64,000 nucleotides of DNA. Source: a virus (Duplodnaviria; Caudoviricetes). The position numbers and the translations under genes were made by a program. The notes below the pieces were generated by a model that ran no database searches, was not told where the DNA came from, and saw nothing but the letters and a program-made list of their open reading frames with translations. Positions 19,209 to 29,800 of this stretch are shown one piece after another. Where the stretch lies: IMG/VR virus record IMGVR_UViG_3300025316_000016, positions 977-64,976 of that record; one strand, given 5' to 3'. Positions within the stretch are counted from its first letter, which is position 1, and each line of letters begins with the position of its first letter.

Positions 19209-19408
19209 TAGAAGTATCCTGCATCGACATCTCTAATAGATGTCGTGAAATCTTCGACAGTGAATGTGTTTGTGTTTGCGTTATAAACGACAACAGAACC
19301 ATCAACAGCACTGGTCATATTGACATCATTAAGATGGCTCAATGTGTTTATTCCAGTACCAACCCTAACCCGTATTGTTGACGGGGGATTTACCTTTACG
19401 ACTGGCAT
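19208..19408 (-). CDS. Small structural protein
   Basis: TLSHLNDVNM..AVDGSVVVYN motif typical of phage fibre modules; ends DAGYF. Confidence 0.65.
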   Translation of the reverse strand: MPVVKVNPPSTIRVRVGTGINTLSHLNDVNMTSAVDGSVVVYNANTNTFTVEDFTTSIRDVDAGYF

Positions 19409-19746
19409 TATCTGGTTACCGAAGGTGATACTTCAATGATACCCTCTAATATTCGTGTGGTAACATTGGATATTGTGTCTGTTATGTTTGCATCATACAC
19501 ATATCTACCACCGGCAATGTTGGCGGTAGTATTAGCACTAAGTTCTAATGTGACTGTGCCACTACCATTATTTACTGATGTGGTGAATATTGCAGTAGCA
19601 TTAGCCGAGGTATATGAATTCCTCATTTGACTATTCACAACAATATTAGATAGATCATATGAGTTACCATATGCATCATCTAAAACTATAGATGTTTCAA
19701 ATGTTGACCCCTGATCAATAAAAAGATTTGAGTATGCTGCTGACAT
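19408..19746 (-). CDS. Conserved virion beta-sandwich protein (fibre attachment-like)
   Basis: NLFIDQGSTF...SQMRNSY...GRYVYD...TRILEGIIEVSPSVTR. Confidence 0.75.
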   Translation of the reverse strand: MSAAYSNLFIDQGSTFETSIVLDDAYGNSYDLSNIVVNSQMRNSYTSANATAIFTTSVNNGSGTVTLELSANTTANIAGGRYVYDANITDTISNVTTRILEGIIEVSPSVTR

Positions 19747-19774
19747 TGTGCTTCCTTATGACTCCTGTATTATC

Positions 19775-19782
19775 TATTTATA
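19775..19782 (-). promoter_or_regulatory. T4-type late promoter TATAAATA
   Basis: Exact match upstream of 19746. Confidence 0.8.
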
Positions 19783-19911
19783 TCATTTTTATATTGATGA
19801 TTCCCATTCATCACCATCAACATACCAGCCAAACATCCCCACGTTTTAGGACTAGCTAACGTTTTACCATTTTCCAATGCAGGTGATAGATTTAAAAGTA
19901 GTTATAGTATT

Positions 19912-20229
19912 TTACCCATTGTCAATTAACCTCGTATCTTTTGGTCGTGCTTGCATTAATAAAATTTGTTGCGTTGTTTGGTTAGCCTGAACAGTCTCAT
20001 TTCTAAAAGATTCAACCGCTGCGCTGGTACTACGTTGTTGCATAGAGTTTTCAATCATTAGCATCGGCATCCAAGTCATACTGCATCCGGCTTCGTCCAT
20101 CACTTCACCTGTATTAGGATTAGTTCCAGCAAGTTTTGTATACCAAGCACAACGGTGTATAGCGCCGTCTTTTATTTCTTCACATTTTGCCCCTAACGGA
20201 CATGTCAATACTGTTTTTATTTCACTCAT
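19912..20229 (-). CDS. Conserved Cys-containing phage protein following tail fibres
   Basis: CPLG.KC...CAWY...NPNTGE..DEAGC...LMIENS.QQRSTSAAVESFRNE. Confidence 0.75.
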   Translation of the reverse strand: MSEIKTVLTCPLGAKCEEIKDGAIHRCAWYTKLAGTNPNTGEVMDEAGCSMTWMPMLMIENSMQQRSTSAAVESFRNETVQANQTTQQILLMQARPKDTRLIDNG

Positions 20230-20450
20230 GCTGGCGCATAAGGGTTAGGTGGAAAGGCTTCTTTATCTACCACAGACCACGCAGTACCATCCCATAAAGC
20301 ATCTTGGTTTTCAGTTAAAGCAGGTGGTGCTATTAATGTTGTGTTAGGCGGTAAGTGTATTGGGTCTTGGTCTTCATGTTGAGGGAACTTATAAACGCTA
20401 GTAAAACGCTTAGTGTCACCGTATTGATACCCAGTAATTAAAATTTCCAT
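20226..20450 (-). CDS. Putative tail fibre assembly protein
   Basis: LPPNTTLIAPP...WDGTAWSVV, directly after a fibre gene. Confidence 0.6.
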   Translation of the reverse strand: MEILITGYQYGDTKRFTSVYKFPQHEDQDPIHLPPNTTLIAPPALTENQDALWDGTAWSVVDKEAFPPNPYAPA

Positions 20451-20459
20451 TATTGATCC

Positions 20460-21494
20460 TTAAGATTTATAACACATGATGTTTGCTAAATATCTTGGTG
20501 CCCAGTTTGTTTGGCTTGAACCCCCATCTGTACCACCTGAGTGGGTATGGTTTGCTGAGGCCCCGCCTATTGCTGCATATCCTACTTGGGTTGTTTGGGT
20601 ATATGGGCCTTGTGCCACCCCTAGTGGACCTCCTGTGGTTTGTCCGTTTAGAGGCGCACTATATTGATGGGTGTGCCCAGAATCATAATGGACGTGGTCT
20701 GCAGATACATTACCAGTAGTAAACCCATGTGTATGGTAAGGGACAACATTCATTACTGTTGGTGAGTTAGACCCTGCACCATATCCACCTGCCCCTGATA
20801 CTATATAAAGCATAAAATCATTTAGGTCTGTGCGCTGAACCCAACCTGTTGGCGCTGCTGCTTGGTAGAAGTTTGTTACTGTCCCTGCGGGCATTTGTGC
20901 CCAAGTGCCATTTAAGTTTGATGCTGTAGTAGCATTACCTACTGTTAAGCTTGCGGCTGTGCCTGTTATGTTCGTACCAACAAGGGTGGTAGGTGTGCCT
21001 AAGTTTGGAGTTACTAATGTGGGGCTTGTACTTAATACATTATTTCCAGACCCAGTAGATGTAGTTACACCAGTACCACCAGAACCAACCGCTAATGTAG
21101 CAGATAACCCAGCGGCATTAGTTGCACTTGTCGCGTTTGTCGCGTTTGTCGCGTTTGTCGCGTTTGTCGCGTTTGTTGCATTAGTAACAGCTGTGGCACC
21201 TATTGCTGCAACTATTTGAGCGGCGGAAGCGGCTGACATTGCACCAGTGCCGTTACCATAAGCAACACCTGTGAGTGTTCCTGCATTACCAGTACCACCA
21301 GAACCAACCGCTAATGTAGCAGATAAACCGGCGGCAGTACCACTAGTATTTTGATTCCATGTTGGAACAGTTCCAGTTAATCCTGAATATGGTAATGTGC
21401 AATTAGTTAATGTTCCACTTGTAGGAGTTCCTAATACTGGAGTTACTAATGTTAGACTGGCACCTAATACTGACGAACCTACTTTAGTTGTCAT
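20460..21494 (-). CDS. Short tail fibre protein
   Basis: ATN repeats; collar-like MPAGTV..FYQAAAPTGW; HTH/HVH metal-binding tip repeats. Confidence 0.85.
   Translation of the reverse strand: MTTKVGSSVLGASLTLVTPVLGTPTSGTLTNCTLPYSGLTGTVPTWNQNTSGTAAGLSATLAVGSGGTGNAGTLTGVAYGNGTGAMSAASAAQIVAAIGATAVTNATNATNATNATNATNATSATNAAGLSATLAVGSGGTGVTTSTGSGNNVLSTSPTLVTPNLGTPTTLVGTNITGTAASLTVGNATTASNLNGTWAQMPAGTVTNFYQAAAPTGWVQRTDLNDFMLYIVSGAGGYGAGSNSPTVMNVVPYHTHGFTTGNVSADHVHYDSGHTHQYSAPLNGQTTGGPLGVAQGPYTQTTQVGYAAIGGASANHTHSGGTDGGSSQTNWAPRYLANIMCYKS
21130..21174. repeat. Perfect 9-bp tandem repeat (GTCGCGTTT x5)
   Basis: Directly visible; encodes an Asn-Ala-Thr run in the fibre. Confidence 0.95.
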
Positions 21495-24413
21495 TTATAT
21501 GTTTCCTTTTAAAATATCGATTTCTTTTGACAAATCTTTAATGGCTTCGATCAGTAATCCAACCATGTTGCCGTAATCTACTGAATATATACCGTCAGCA
21601 TTTTCAAACACCACTTCTGGTAATACCGCGAGTACTTCTTGTGCAATCACACCAGTATATAGCTTAGTTGAATCTTCCTTATCGTTTCTGGTAAAAGTAA
21701 CACCTCTAATAGATTTGACCTTCTCTAATGAGTTAGGTATAACATTAACATTCTCTTTTAATCTAGCATCAGAATATGCTGTGATGTTGCCTGATGCTAC
21801 GATAGTACCAGCAACGGCATTTGATACACCTACACCAAGAGCATTCATCTGAAAGCTATTAGCTGTGTTTGTTGCATTAGCAGTACCTGCTGTCGTGGCA
21901 GTACCTGCTGTCGTGGCAGTACCTGCTGCTGCTGCTGTACCAGAGCTTATAGCCGAAGATACTTGGGCAGCAGTCTGATAACCTGTGGGATTTGTACTAT
22001 TATAAGGAGTGAATCCTAATCCTGTAGTTACTTGCGAACTAGTTATAGTACCAGCATATGTACCGGTGATATTTGCTGCTGTACCAGAGCTGATAGCCGA
22101 AGATACTTGTGCAGCTGTTTGATAACCAGTTGGGTTGGTGCTATTATAAGGAGTGAATCCTAATCCTGTAGTTACTTGCGAACTAGTTATAGTACCAGCA
22201 TATGTACCACTAATATTTGCTGCTGTACCAGAGCTGATAGCCGAAGATACTTGGGCAGCAGTCTGATAACCTGTGGGATTTGTACTATTATAAGGAGTGA
22301 ATCCTAATCCTGTAGTTACTTGTGAACTAGTTATAGTACCAGCATATGTTCCGGTGATATTAGTTGCAGTACCAGAAATATTGTGTGTATATGTTGCTGC
22401 TGTGTTAGCAAGTGCTCCATACACAAACCCAGTAGTAGCAATCATTGTATTACTGGTAGTTAGTGCTGGTGTTACTGCTAATGGCACACCCGTCAATTGT
22501 GGTGATATTTTTGGTGCAGCAACAGAATACAAGCCATCAATGGCTAATTGTATAGTATTAGCTGTGCTTGATATTCCAGAGTTAATTGTATAACCAATGT
22601 TATTGGCATAATATGGATTGATTACATATCCATCAACCTCGATCATTACAGTATCATTAACGGCAGCACCAGTTAATAGTGTTACTGATGTGTTACTTGT
22701 TTCTGTATAGTCAGAAGGATATTGTCGCACACCATCAACATAAACTCTTAATTGACTAGAACCAATAAGGTAAGATGGTGCTGTGAATAGTGTTTGTCCA
22801 GCAGTAGCTGTATAGTTCAGTCTTGATGAGTTGATTGTTGTTCCTGGTACTGCACCACTGCCACCACCCGTGCCACCAGCTGCCCAATAATAACTTCCAA
22901 CACCACCAGTTGTCAACACATACCCAGCTGTTGTTCCTGCTGGTAGAATGTTAGTTAATGCACCACCAGCTGATTGTGCACCAGTACCACCATATGCTAA
23001 TGGTAAAGCGTTTACCAGTGATAATGCATTAAACGCTGGAGATGCAGTTGTTCTAATATCTTGTGCAGTATTGATAGTAATTGTATTACCAGAACCAACT
23101 GCTGTGACACCATTACCACTAGTTAGATTAACTATTCCTGCTGTTGGTGTAGCAGAACCGGTGGTGCCAACAAATGAGTTTGCCGAAGTATTTGCTCTTG
23201 CATATGCAGAAGTTGCATAAACGTTCAGTGTGCTTACATTAGAATTTAATGTGCTTATGCTATTATTTAATGCGATGGTTACTGATGAAGATGCTAATGT
23301 GTTAGATGTCATCAGTGGAGAATATACCCCAGAATTCACATCCAGAACATCCCAATATGTGTTTATTTCATTCCATCTTATTGATGCGTTTGCACCAGAA
23401 ATACCTCTACTAACATTAATATACGCAGGAGTTGCTGTTGTCACACTAGAGTTTAATGTGAACGTATTTGCGTTATATACAGTTGCCCCGTTAATAACAA
23501 AATTACCACCAACAGACAATTGTTGATTTGTTATTATATTACCAAAGTATGCGGTGGCTGAATTTGCATCAACTAGTGACGATACTATTATTTTTGGTGC
23601 TGTTACAACAGTATTGGCTTGTAGTGTATTAGTATAACTAGTACCAGTAACACTTGATGTTGCTGTGTTTGTGCTGGTGTTAGCTTGTAATATGTTTGTA
23701 AAGCTAGTACCAGTAACACTTGATGTTGCTGTGTTTGTGCTGGTGTTAGCTTGTAATACGTTGGTATAACTAGTACCAGTAACACTTGAGGTTGCAGTAT
23801 TTGTGCTAGTGTTAGCTTGCAACACGTTCGTGAAGCTGGTGCCTGAAACTGCTGATGTTACTGTATAGATGTTATCGTTTGCTCGTAGTGAATTAGTAAA
23901 TGTTGTATTCACTACAGATAAGTCATTATTTATTTGTGCATCGGAAAGTATCGATAGATTATTAGATGTTGTTCTAGCACCAACAACCACATTATTAGAA
24001 ACATTAAGAGCATCACCAGAAGCCAATACTGACACAGTTCCATAATGGATAGTATTATTAGCAACGATAAGACCATTACCTGGACCATTAGCCAATAGTA
24101 ATCCACCAATATTAGCAGTTCCGTATGTAACTAGACTTAGTCCGGTATTGGCAAGATATGTTTGGCCACCTGTCCATAGGTTATAGGTAACGTTTGCAGA
24201 ACCGGCAACTAATTGACCACCAACAGTAGCACCATATGCAACAGAAAGTCCGGTACCAACACCGTTTAGGATAAGTATTCCAGAATCTTTGGTGTATGGC
24301 AATCCAGATGCACCACCACCCAAATTATTAATTTCTTGTGCTAGTGCGTTTGTATTGACTACCCAATCACCAAACGTGTTGTTATATGTTAATTGACTTA
24401 CTGTATTTGCCAT
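21495..24413 (-). CDS. Long tail fibre protein with C-terminal S74 chaperone
   Basis: N/T/S/A-rich repeats; AYSDARLKENV...GVIAQEV...GLLIEAIK. Confidence 0.9.
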   Translation of the reverse strand: MANTVSQLTYNNTFGDWVVNTNALAQEINNLGGGASGLPYTKDSGILILNGVGTGLSVAYGATVGGQLVAGSANVTYNLWTGGQTYLANTGLSLVTYGTANIGGLLLANGPGNGLIVANNTIHYGTVSVLASGDALNVSNNVVVGARTTSNNLSILSDAQINNDLSVVNTTFTNSLRANDNIYTVTSAVSGTSFTNVLQANTSTNTATSSVTGTSYTNVLQANTSTNTATSSVTGTSFTNILQANTSTNTATSSVTGTSYTNTLQANTVVTAPKIIVSSLVDANSATAYFGNIITNQQLSVGGNFVINGATVYNANTFTLNSSVTTATPAYINVSRGISGANASIRWNEINTYWDVLDVNSGVYSPLMTSNTLASSSVTIALNNSISTLNSNVSTLNVYATSAYARANTSANSFVGTTGSATPTAGIVNLTSGNGVTAVGSGNTITINTAQDIRTTASPAFNALSLVNALPLAYGGTGAQSAGGALTNILPAGTTAGYVLTTGGVGSYYWAAGGTGGGSGAVPGTTINSSRLNYTATAGQTLFTAPSYLIGSSQLRVYVDGVRQYPSDYTETSNTSVTLLTGAAVNDTVMIEVDGYVINPYYANNIGYTINSGISSTANTIQLAIDGLYSVAAPKISPQLTGVPLAVTPALTTSNTMIATTGFVYGALANTAATYTHNISGTATNITGTYAGTITSSQVTTGLGFTPYNSTNPTGYQTAAQVSSAISSGTAANISGTYAGTITSSQVTTGLGFTPYNSTNPTGYQTAAQVSSAISSGTAANITGTYAGTITSSQVTTGLGFTPYNSTNPTGYQTAAQVSSAISSGTAAAAGTATTAGTATTAGTANATNTANSFQMNALGVGVSNAVAGTIVASGNITAYSDARLKENVNVIPNSLEKVKSIRGVTFTRNDKEDSTKLYTGVIAQEVLAVLPEVVFENADGIYSVDYGNMVGLLIEAIKDLSKEIDILKGNI
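21931..22361. repeat. Three near-identical 144-bp (48-aa) tandem repeats
   Basis: GTACCAGAGC at 21937, 22081 and 22225; unit NITGTYAGTITSSQVTTGLGFTPYNSTNPTGYQTAAQVSSAISSGTAA. Confidence 0.93.
23615..23850. repeat. 60-bp (20-aa) tandem repeats, three to four copies
   Basis: Unit LQANTSTNTATSSVTGTS(Y/F)TN(V/I). Confidence 0.9.
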
Positions 24414-24416
24414 TTC

Positions 24417-24635
24417 CTAGACCTTGTTGATTAGTGCGACCATTAACTGCTTTATTTCGGACATATCACTTCGTATAATGTCGATTTCGTCTTTTAATGT
24501 ATTTATCTCTTGTTTCTGTAGACTCAATAGCTTGACTTTATTATAGTATTCATTCTTATCATTGACGTCCGTGTTAATGATTGCCATTGAGTTTGTGTCT
24601 CGGACAAAGTTGGTTCCCGTAACTTTTACATACAT
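24417..24635 (-). CDS. Small conserved T4-like protein following VrlC-like gene
   Basis: KVTGTNFVRDTNSMAIINTD, then a coiled coil ending SDMSEIKQLM. Confidence 0.75.
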   Translation of the reverse strand: MYVKVTGTNFVRDTNSMAIINTDVNDKNEYYNKVKLLSLQKQEINTLKDEIDIIRSDMSEIKQLMVALINKV

Positions 24636-26812
24636 TAGGTGAGTGTACCTGGTGGAAGTGCTAATGCTCTGATGTCAGATATTAGTGGGACTACAGTATT
24701 ATCTGATGATGCCAACACTATTTTTATAGCAAATTGTATGAATGAATTATATGATTGTCCGTTGATGTTTGTATATGATATAGAATTATTTGCCATACCA
24801 TTTAGTCCAGGAGCACATTCAAATTCAATAAGATCTGATTTTGAAGAAGAATATGTGTTTGTAGTTCCTGTAATTTGTGTCATTAATTGCCAGCTACCAG
24901 AATCAAATGTGTTTGTATCATTTGAATTTAGTATTTTATAATACACATAAACACCTGTCCCTGATGGTTTATATGCAGTATAATAAACTCGTAGATCGCC
25001 AGAATCATTTCCTGGTGTCATTACTACCTTTTTGGTTAGATATTTGGAGTATGAATTACCACCAGACTGACCAGTTTCACCTGAAGCAATGACAACTGCT
25101 TGTGTGGTGTTTGCTCCATATATTGAAATTGCGGGACTAGTCAAATAACCAGATCCAGGTGATATCACATTAATGGTAGAAATCGCGCCATTGCTAGTTA
25201 AGTTTGCGGTTAATACTGCTCTATCAGTTCCAATATCTGGCATAGAAACATATACATTACATGTGCTATTGCTATAACCAATACCAGTATTTGCGATAGC
25301 AATTACGTTGTGAAGGATACCCATGTTATTGATCATGTACCTTATGTTAAATAACGATATCCCATCATCCGAAATTATTGGACTAACATTAGGATCTTTA
25401 GATTCTAGTGTAGCCGAAAGTGAGAACGAATTATTAGAAGTTGATATCAATAATCTTTCGCCTAATCCATCATCTAAGTCTATGTTTGTTGGTGTTGGGC
25501 ACCCAAACTTTCCTGGAATAATTGGGAAAGGCCCAATAGGAACATTTCCTGCTGCTAGTGTTGAATTGTATTGGTATCCAATTGAAGTTTGAGTTGGCGT
25601 GAAATCTGTTGTTGTTACATTATATGCATCTGATCTCATGTTCTGAGTAAAATTACCCATTGTATTATTAACAACAGATGCGTCTATTTTGTGTTGTATG
25701 TCGTTTATGCCAAGCTTTCTAGCAGGAAGACCTTGAACCACATTGAAATCGATCAATGGTGTTTTAGTAATATCGAAAACGCACTGAGTTATTACAAACA
25801 TCAAGTCCTTTGATTGTTCTGCTGTCCATGTTATAGCATTTTGAGATTCGAACAAAGATCCAACATAAGGTGCTGCACCAATTTTAGTTATACTAGCTGG
25901 TGGCGTTACTGATGGTAATGGCGATACCGTTGAAGGTATGGCGATAGAGTTTTGCTCGGCCATGTATACTGTATACAAAGGAGAGTTTGCTTTCAGTAAG
26001 AACGCATACAACACACCAGACTGTACATATACAGGAGCACTAAACATGAATTCTGTATATGTTGTTGAATCCAGATAATGTGGATTTGATGTGGGTTGAT
26101 TTATTTGATTTGCTTGTAATGTAACTGTAGAATAATCTAAAGTTGCCCCACTAGGAATTCCATTTAGTGTCGGTACAATAGAAAGAGTTACTGGAATCTG
26201 TCCCACTGGTTTTGTGCAGAAGAATATTTTTACCGATTTTAAGAATACGCCATTTGGATAATTCTCTGGATCGATGATAAATGATTGTGCTATTGGATCA
26301 TATGGTGAGTATGTTGTTATGGTACTCACCACTGTCTGTGGTGCTGACGCTACAGATGTAAATGTTGTTGAACTTGAATCGGTAGATGGTGAAAAGTTTG
26401 CTTGTGTAGACTGTGCAGACAAACCAGAAGCAGTAAATGTAGCTTCTGCATAGCATGTTGCTGTCTTTTGGTCTGTAGTCACAGTTCTATTATCTACTCG
26501 GAATACTCTTGAACCAGTCTGAAATATTGCTGGTGGCACGTTAAATATTCCGTGAAAATTACCAGCCTCATCAGTTGATAGACCTGGCAAACCAGCACCA
26601 GATTTAACTGCCTCTGCAAGAGTTGCAATATTTCCTATGATATTGTATGTTGATCCAACCATACCAAGAGTCGTATTATAACCAAGAGATACATTGACAG
26701 GAGCATCTAGATATGCAATTTTATTCACACCATCGTAATTACTTATGGTTGCAGTATAATCGGATATACTAGCTATAGTTTGTGTTTGTCCCGATGCATA
26801 ATTGTATGGCAT
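24635..26812 (-). CDS. VrlC-like large structural protein, C-terminal part
   Basis: DPIAQSF...GVFLKSVKIFF, GSLFESQNAITWT...DLMF, FAIKIVL...IRALAL. Confidence 0.85.
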   Translation of the reverse strand: MPYNYASGQTQTIASISDYTATISNYDGVNKIAYLDAPVNVSLGYNTTLGMVGSTYNIIGNIATLAEAVKSGAGLPGLSTDEAGNFHGIFNVPPAIFQTGSRVFRVDNRTVTTDQKTATCYAEATFTASGLSAQSTQANFSPSTDSSSTTFTSVASAPQTVVSTITTYSPYDPIAQSFIIDPENYPNGVFLKSVKIFFCTKPVGQIPVTLSIVPTLNGIPSGATLDYSTVTLQANQINQPTSNPHYLDSTTYTEFMFSAPVYVQSGVLYAFLLKANSPLYTVYMAEQNSIAIPSTVSPLPSVTPPASITKIGAAPYVGSLFESQNAITWTAEQSKDLMFVITQCVFDITKTPLIDFNVVQGLPARKLGINDIQHKIDASVVNNTMGNFTQNMRSDAYNVTTTDFTPTQTSIGYQYNSTLAAGNVPIGPFPIIPGKFGCPTPTNIDLDDGLGERLLISTSNNSFSLSATLESKDPNVSPIISDDGISLFNIRYMINNMGILHNVIAIANTGIGYSNSTCNVYVSMPDIGTDRAVLTANLTSNGAISTINVISPGSGYLTSPAISIYGANTTQAVVIASGETGQSGGNSYSKYLTKKVVMTPGNDSGDLRVYYTAYKPSGTGVYVYYKILNSNDTNTFDSGSWQLMTQITGTTNTYSSSKSDLIEFECAPGLNGMANNSISYTNINGQSYNSFIQFAIKIVLASSDNTVVPLISDIRALALPPGTLT

Positions 26813-26824
26813 ATATTATCCTGA

Positions 26825-29800
26825 TTATTTGTTTTCTTTTTGGAATAGTGTACTGATAGAATACAGTACCGAGAATAATACCCACATACCATAACCAACC
26901 AATATTCCTGGTTTCTTATTATTTATCAACAGATTTGCCACCTTACAAACAGGAAACCCAACAGCCATTATAAATTTACCTAGCTTGTTGTCCTTTTCTA
27001 TAGCACCCATTTTATAAGCCATATGTTCAGCCCAAGGGGTAGCTATTCTCTGAGTCCATCTAGTCACCATTTCTTGCTGGGTAGATTTTCTACGCTCATC
27101 GTCCTTTATCCAAAACATGATATCTGGACCACTACCATTCATCCAATCAACAACAATGGATGCCCAACGAATATATCCTTCATATACTTTAGGGTTATTC
27201 TCGAACACCATTTTACCAAATGCTGCATCGGCATCATATATTCTTTTGTCTAGCAAACCTAGTTCGAACAGTTTAGTACAGATAATGGTACCACCGCCAC
27301 CGCCACCACCGCCCCATGAAGCTACGGGTGGAGCTGGAGCAACATATGTTGCTGTATTTAGTGTGTACTGGTATACATATTTAGATGTTACGTTAATTTC
27401 AGCACCATTGTAATAACCATTAATAGATGAACTATTTTGGTCTAATGCGATTGCTCTAACACCAGTAAACCAAGCACCACCCAAAGGCATGACTAATTCT
27501 ACGGCACCAGCAATATTGTTGTTATTGTACGTAATCCCTGGTGGGTTTGTTGATGAGAATATCATATTACTACTTGGATCTTTTATTGTCAGAGCAAATC
27601 CGGCAGGACCACCGGTATTTGTTGCTGTCCAACTAATAGTATGGTCTCCTGCTGCCACATATATTACAGGGTATATTGGTGATGTGAATGATGAACCACT
27701 GTTATTGTTGATTATTTGCGTGCCATTTAAATATACTATAGCAGAATTATCAACAGCATTACCAAATGTATAATTACCAGCTACAGGGAAGTTTACTGTG
27801 AATGATGCTGAATATGTTGCTGATTGATTAAGGTCGCCCCAAACACCATATTGGTTTAAGAATGAACACCAGTCATTGGGGTCTTGTACTTGATAAATGC
27901 TACCAGTAGTTCCTGCACCATTTAACGTATATGTTCCACCAACAGCGGTAACTTGTCCACCGGTATGTATAGGAGAAACACCAACAGTAAGAGATCCACT
28001 AGCAGTAGTGCCGCTGTATGAACCACTGGCGTCATATTGGCCATTCTGTATTGACGTTGATGTTGAATATGTTGGAGAACCTAGTACAGTAGAAACATAC
28101 AACCTAACATTTGTAGTTCCTGGATAGTTATACACCCCTTCTACTCTAGCAATAGGTTTAAAATTTGGAGATACATATGTACCAACAATATCACCAGCAC
28201 TAAATTCTCCAGTACCAACAACATTAGCTAACTCAATTGTCTCGCAAGATGATATGTATCTATCAATATTAGTACCATCAAACCAAGTTGATATTGGTGT
28301 ATTGATAAGGAGACCACTAACATTTAATCCTATTTGTTGAGGTCTAATGTATGGTAGAATTGAAATATTAGTCAAGTATCCATTGTTCACATTTAGCGAT
28401 GTTGATGCTGGTATTGAATTGGATATGTTACTCAGCACACTTGAATATGTTGAAGTTGTTGTTGTTGTTGCGGTATACCCAACTTGGCCACCAAATATAC
28501 CGTTAAACGCGCCGTGATTAGTAACACTATTAGATGCTGTTGAAGTTGTTGAGCTTGTTGTGCCAGGAATAATTGCAAAATCTCCAGCATTTATCACGTT
28601 AACGCCATTAGTTTGTTGACTAACTTGCATTCCTGGATTTGCTGATAGTATTGCTGGGTTTTGTGTAGTGTCTACCCAGTTATCCATAGGAGGATACAGT
28701 TCTGCTGTTCCTTGATATATGGTAACTGCGAATGGATTTAAACTTACAGTACTTGACGCAAGTTGCTGAACTATAATGTTATTTGCAGTATATGGTAGCG
28801 TGTATATATTAGAATGAGTTCCCTTGATACTATTAATAGCAAATGTGTTGGTTCCTGTTACTGTACCAAGACTTGCTAATACGATAGGGTTTTGCAACTG
28901 AAAGTTATCAACAAGAGTTATTGGTGATAATTTCTGAGTTCTTATGTTGATGTTACTAGTAAAGTCCATATTTCCGGTATCAGCCGTTGAATATGACGAG
29001 AAATCATCAACCAGTATACCATTCTTAAATCTATTGAATCCATTAGCATCGGGTATTTGTAATGAATGTGCATTTTGTTCCAACACACTTAATGCAGTAT
29101 AATACTCCAGATTATTAACCCTTGATTGTAAATCTGTGATATCCGACTTTGCCCATCTGTTATGTGGAATAGTATTGATAGACAAATTTGAACGTGTTCC
29201 GGATGGATTTTCTCCAGGAATATATGCTGTATATGGTTCGAGTTCCAATTTAGCAAGAACTAATGCTCCTACTGGTTCCGATGGGAATATAGGATTTGTT
29301 GAAGGTGTTCCTTCAATTATTTGGAAACTCTTATCCTTGCTCAATATCAATATATCTTTTCTTGCTAAGTAATATGAATATGTGCTTTGGAATTGTGATA
29401 AATCTGTTGGTAACAGAACCCCACCATCAGATGCGGTAGATAGCGCATACTCAAATGTTCCATTGCTTTGTGCAGATGCTCTTACCGGTCTAAAATCTAA
29501 AGAGTCTGCCAAGCTATACACTTTACCACTTTTAGCAGTATATGATGGTATATTATTGTATTGTTCTGGATTTGATGAGATACCACCATTGGTAGATGTA
29601 TATGATAATACACTAAAATAACCATCACCAGCACCACCACCTGTATGGGCATATCTGTCAAACACAACTACTAGAATTCCTCTAGCTGTAGCGGCACCTG
29701 GCATCAAAGATATACTAGCGTGGTCATAAAATGAATCTCTTTGACCGTTGTCCAATAAGTATTGTGCAGTAACATCAAAAGCTTTCGATGTCAGCATGTC

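Noticed and set aside
19790-19905. Possible gene remnant in the intergenic gap (W/G-rich short frames)
   Set aside because: Too short and without a convincing start or family assignment.
21130-23850. Repeats considered as a CRISPR array or DGR template/variable repeats
   Set aside because: The units are contiguous, in-frame coding repeats with no unique spacers. Differences are mostly synonymous rather than adenine-specific, and no reverse transcriptase is in the window.
26825-27289. Hint/intein call for the IICT module
   Set aside because: It has no block B TxxH and no terminal HN, and the sequence looks helical. Reported as an unknown module instead.
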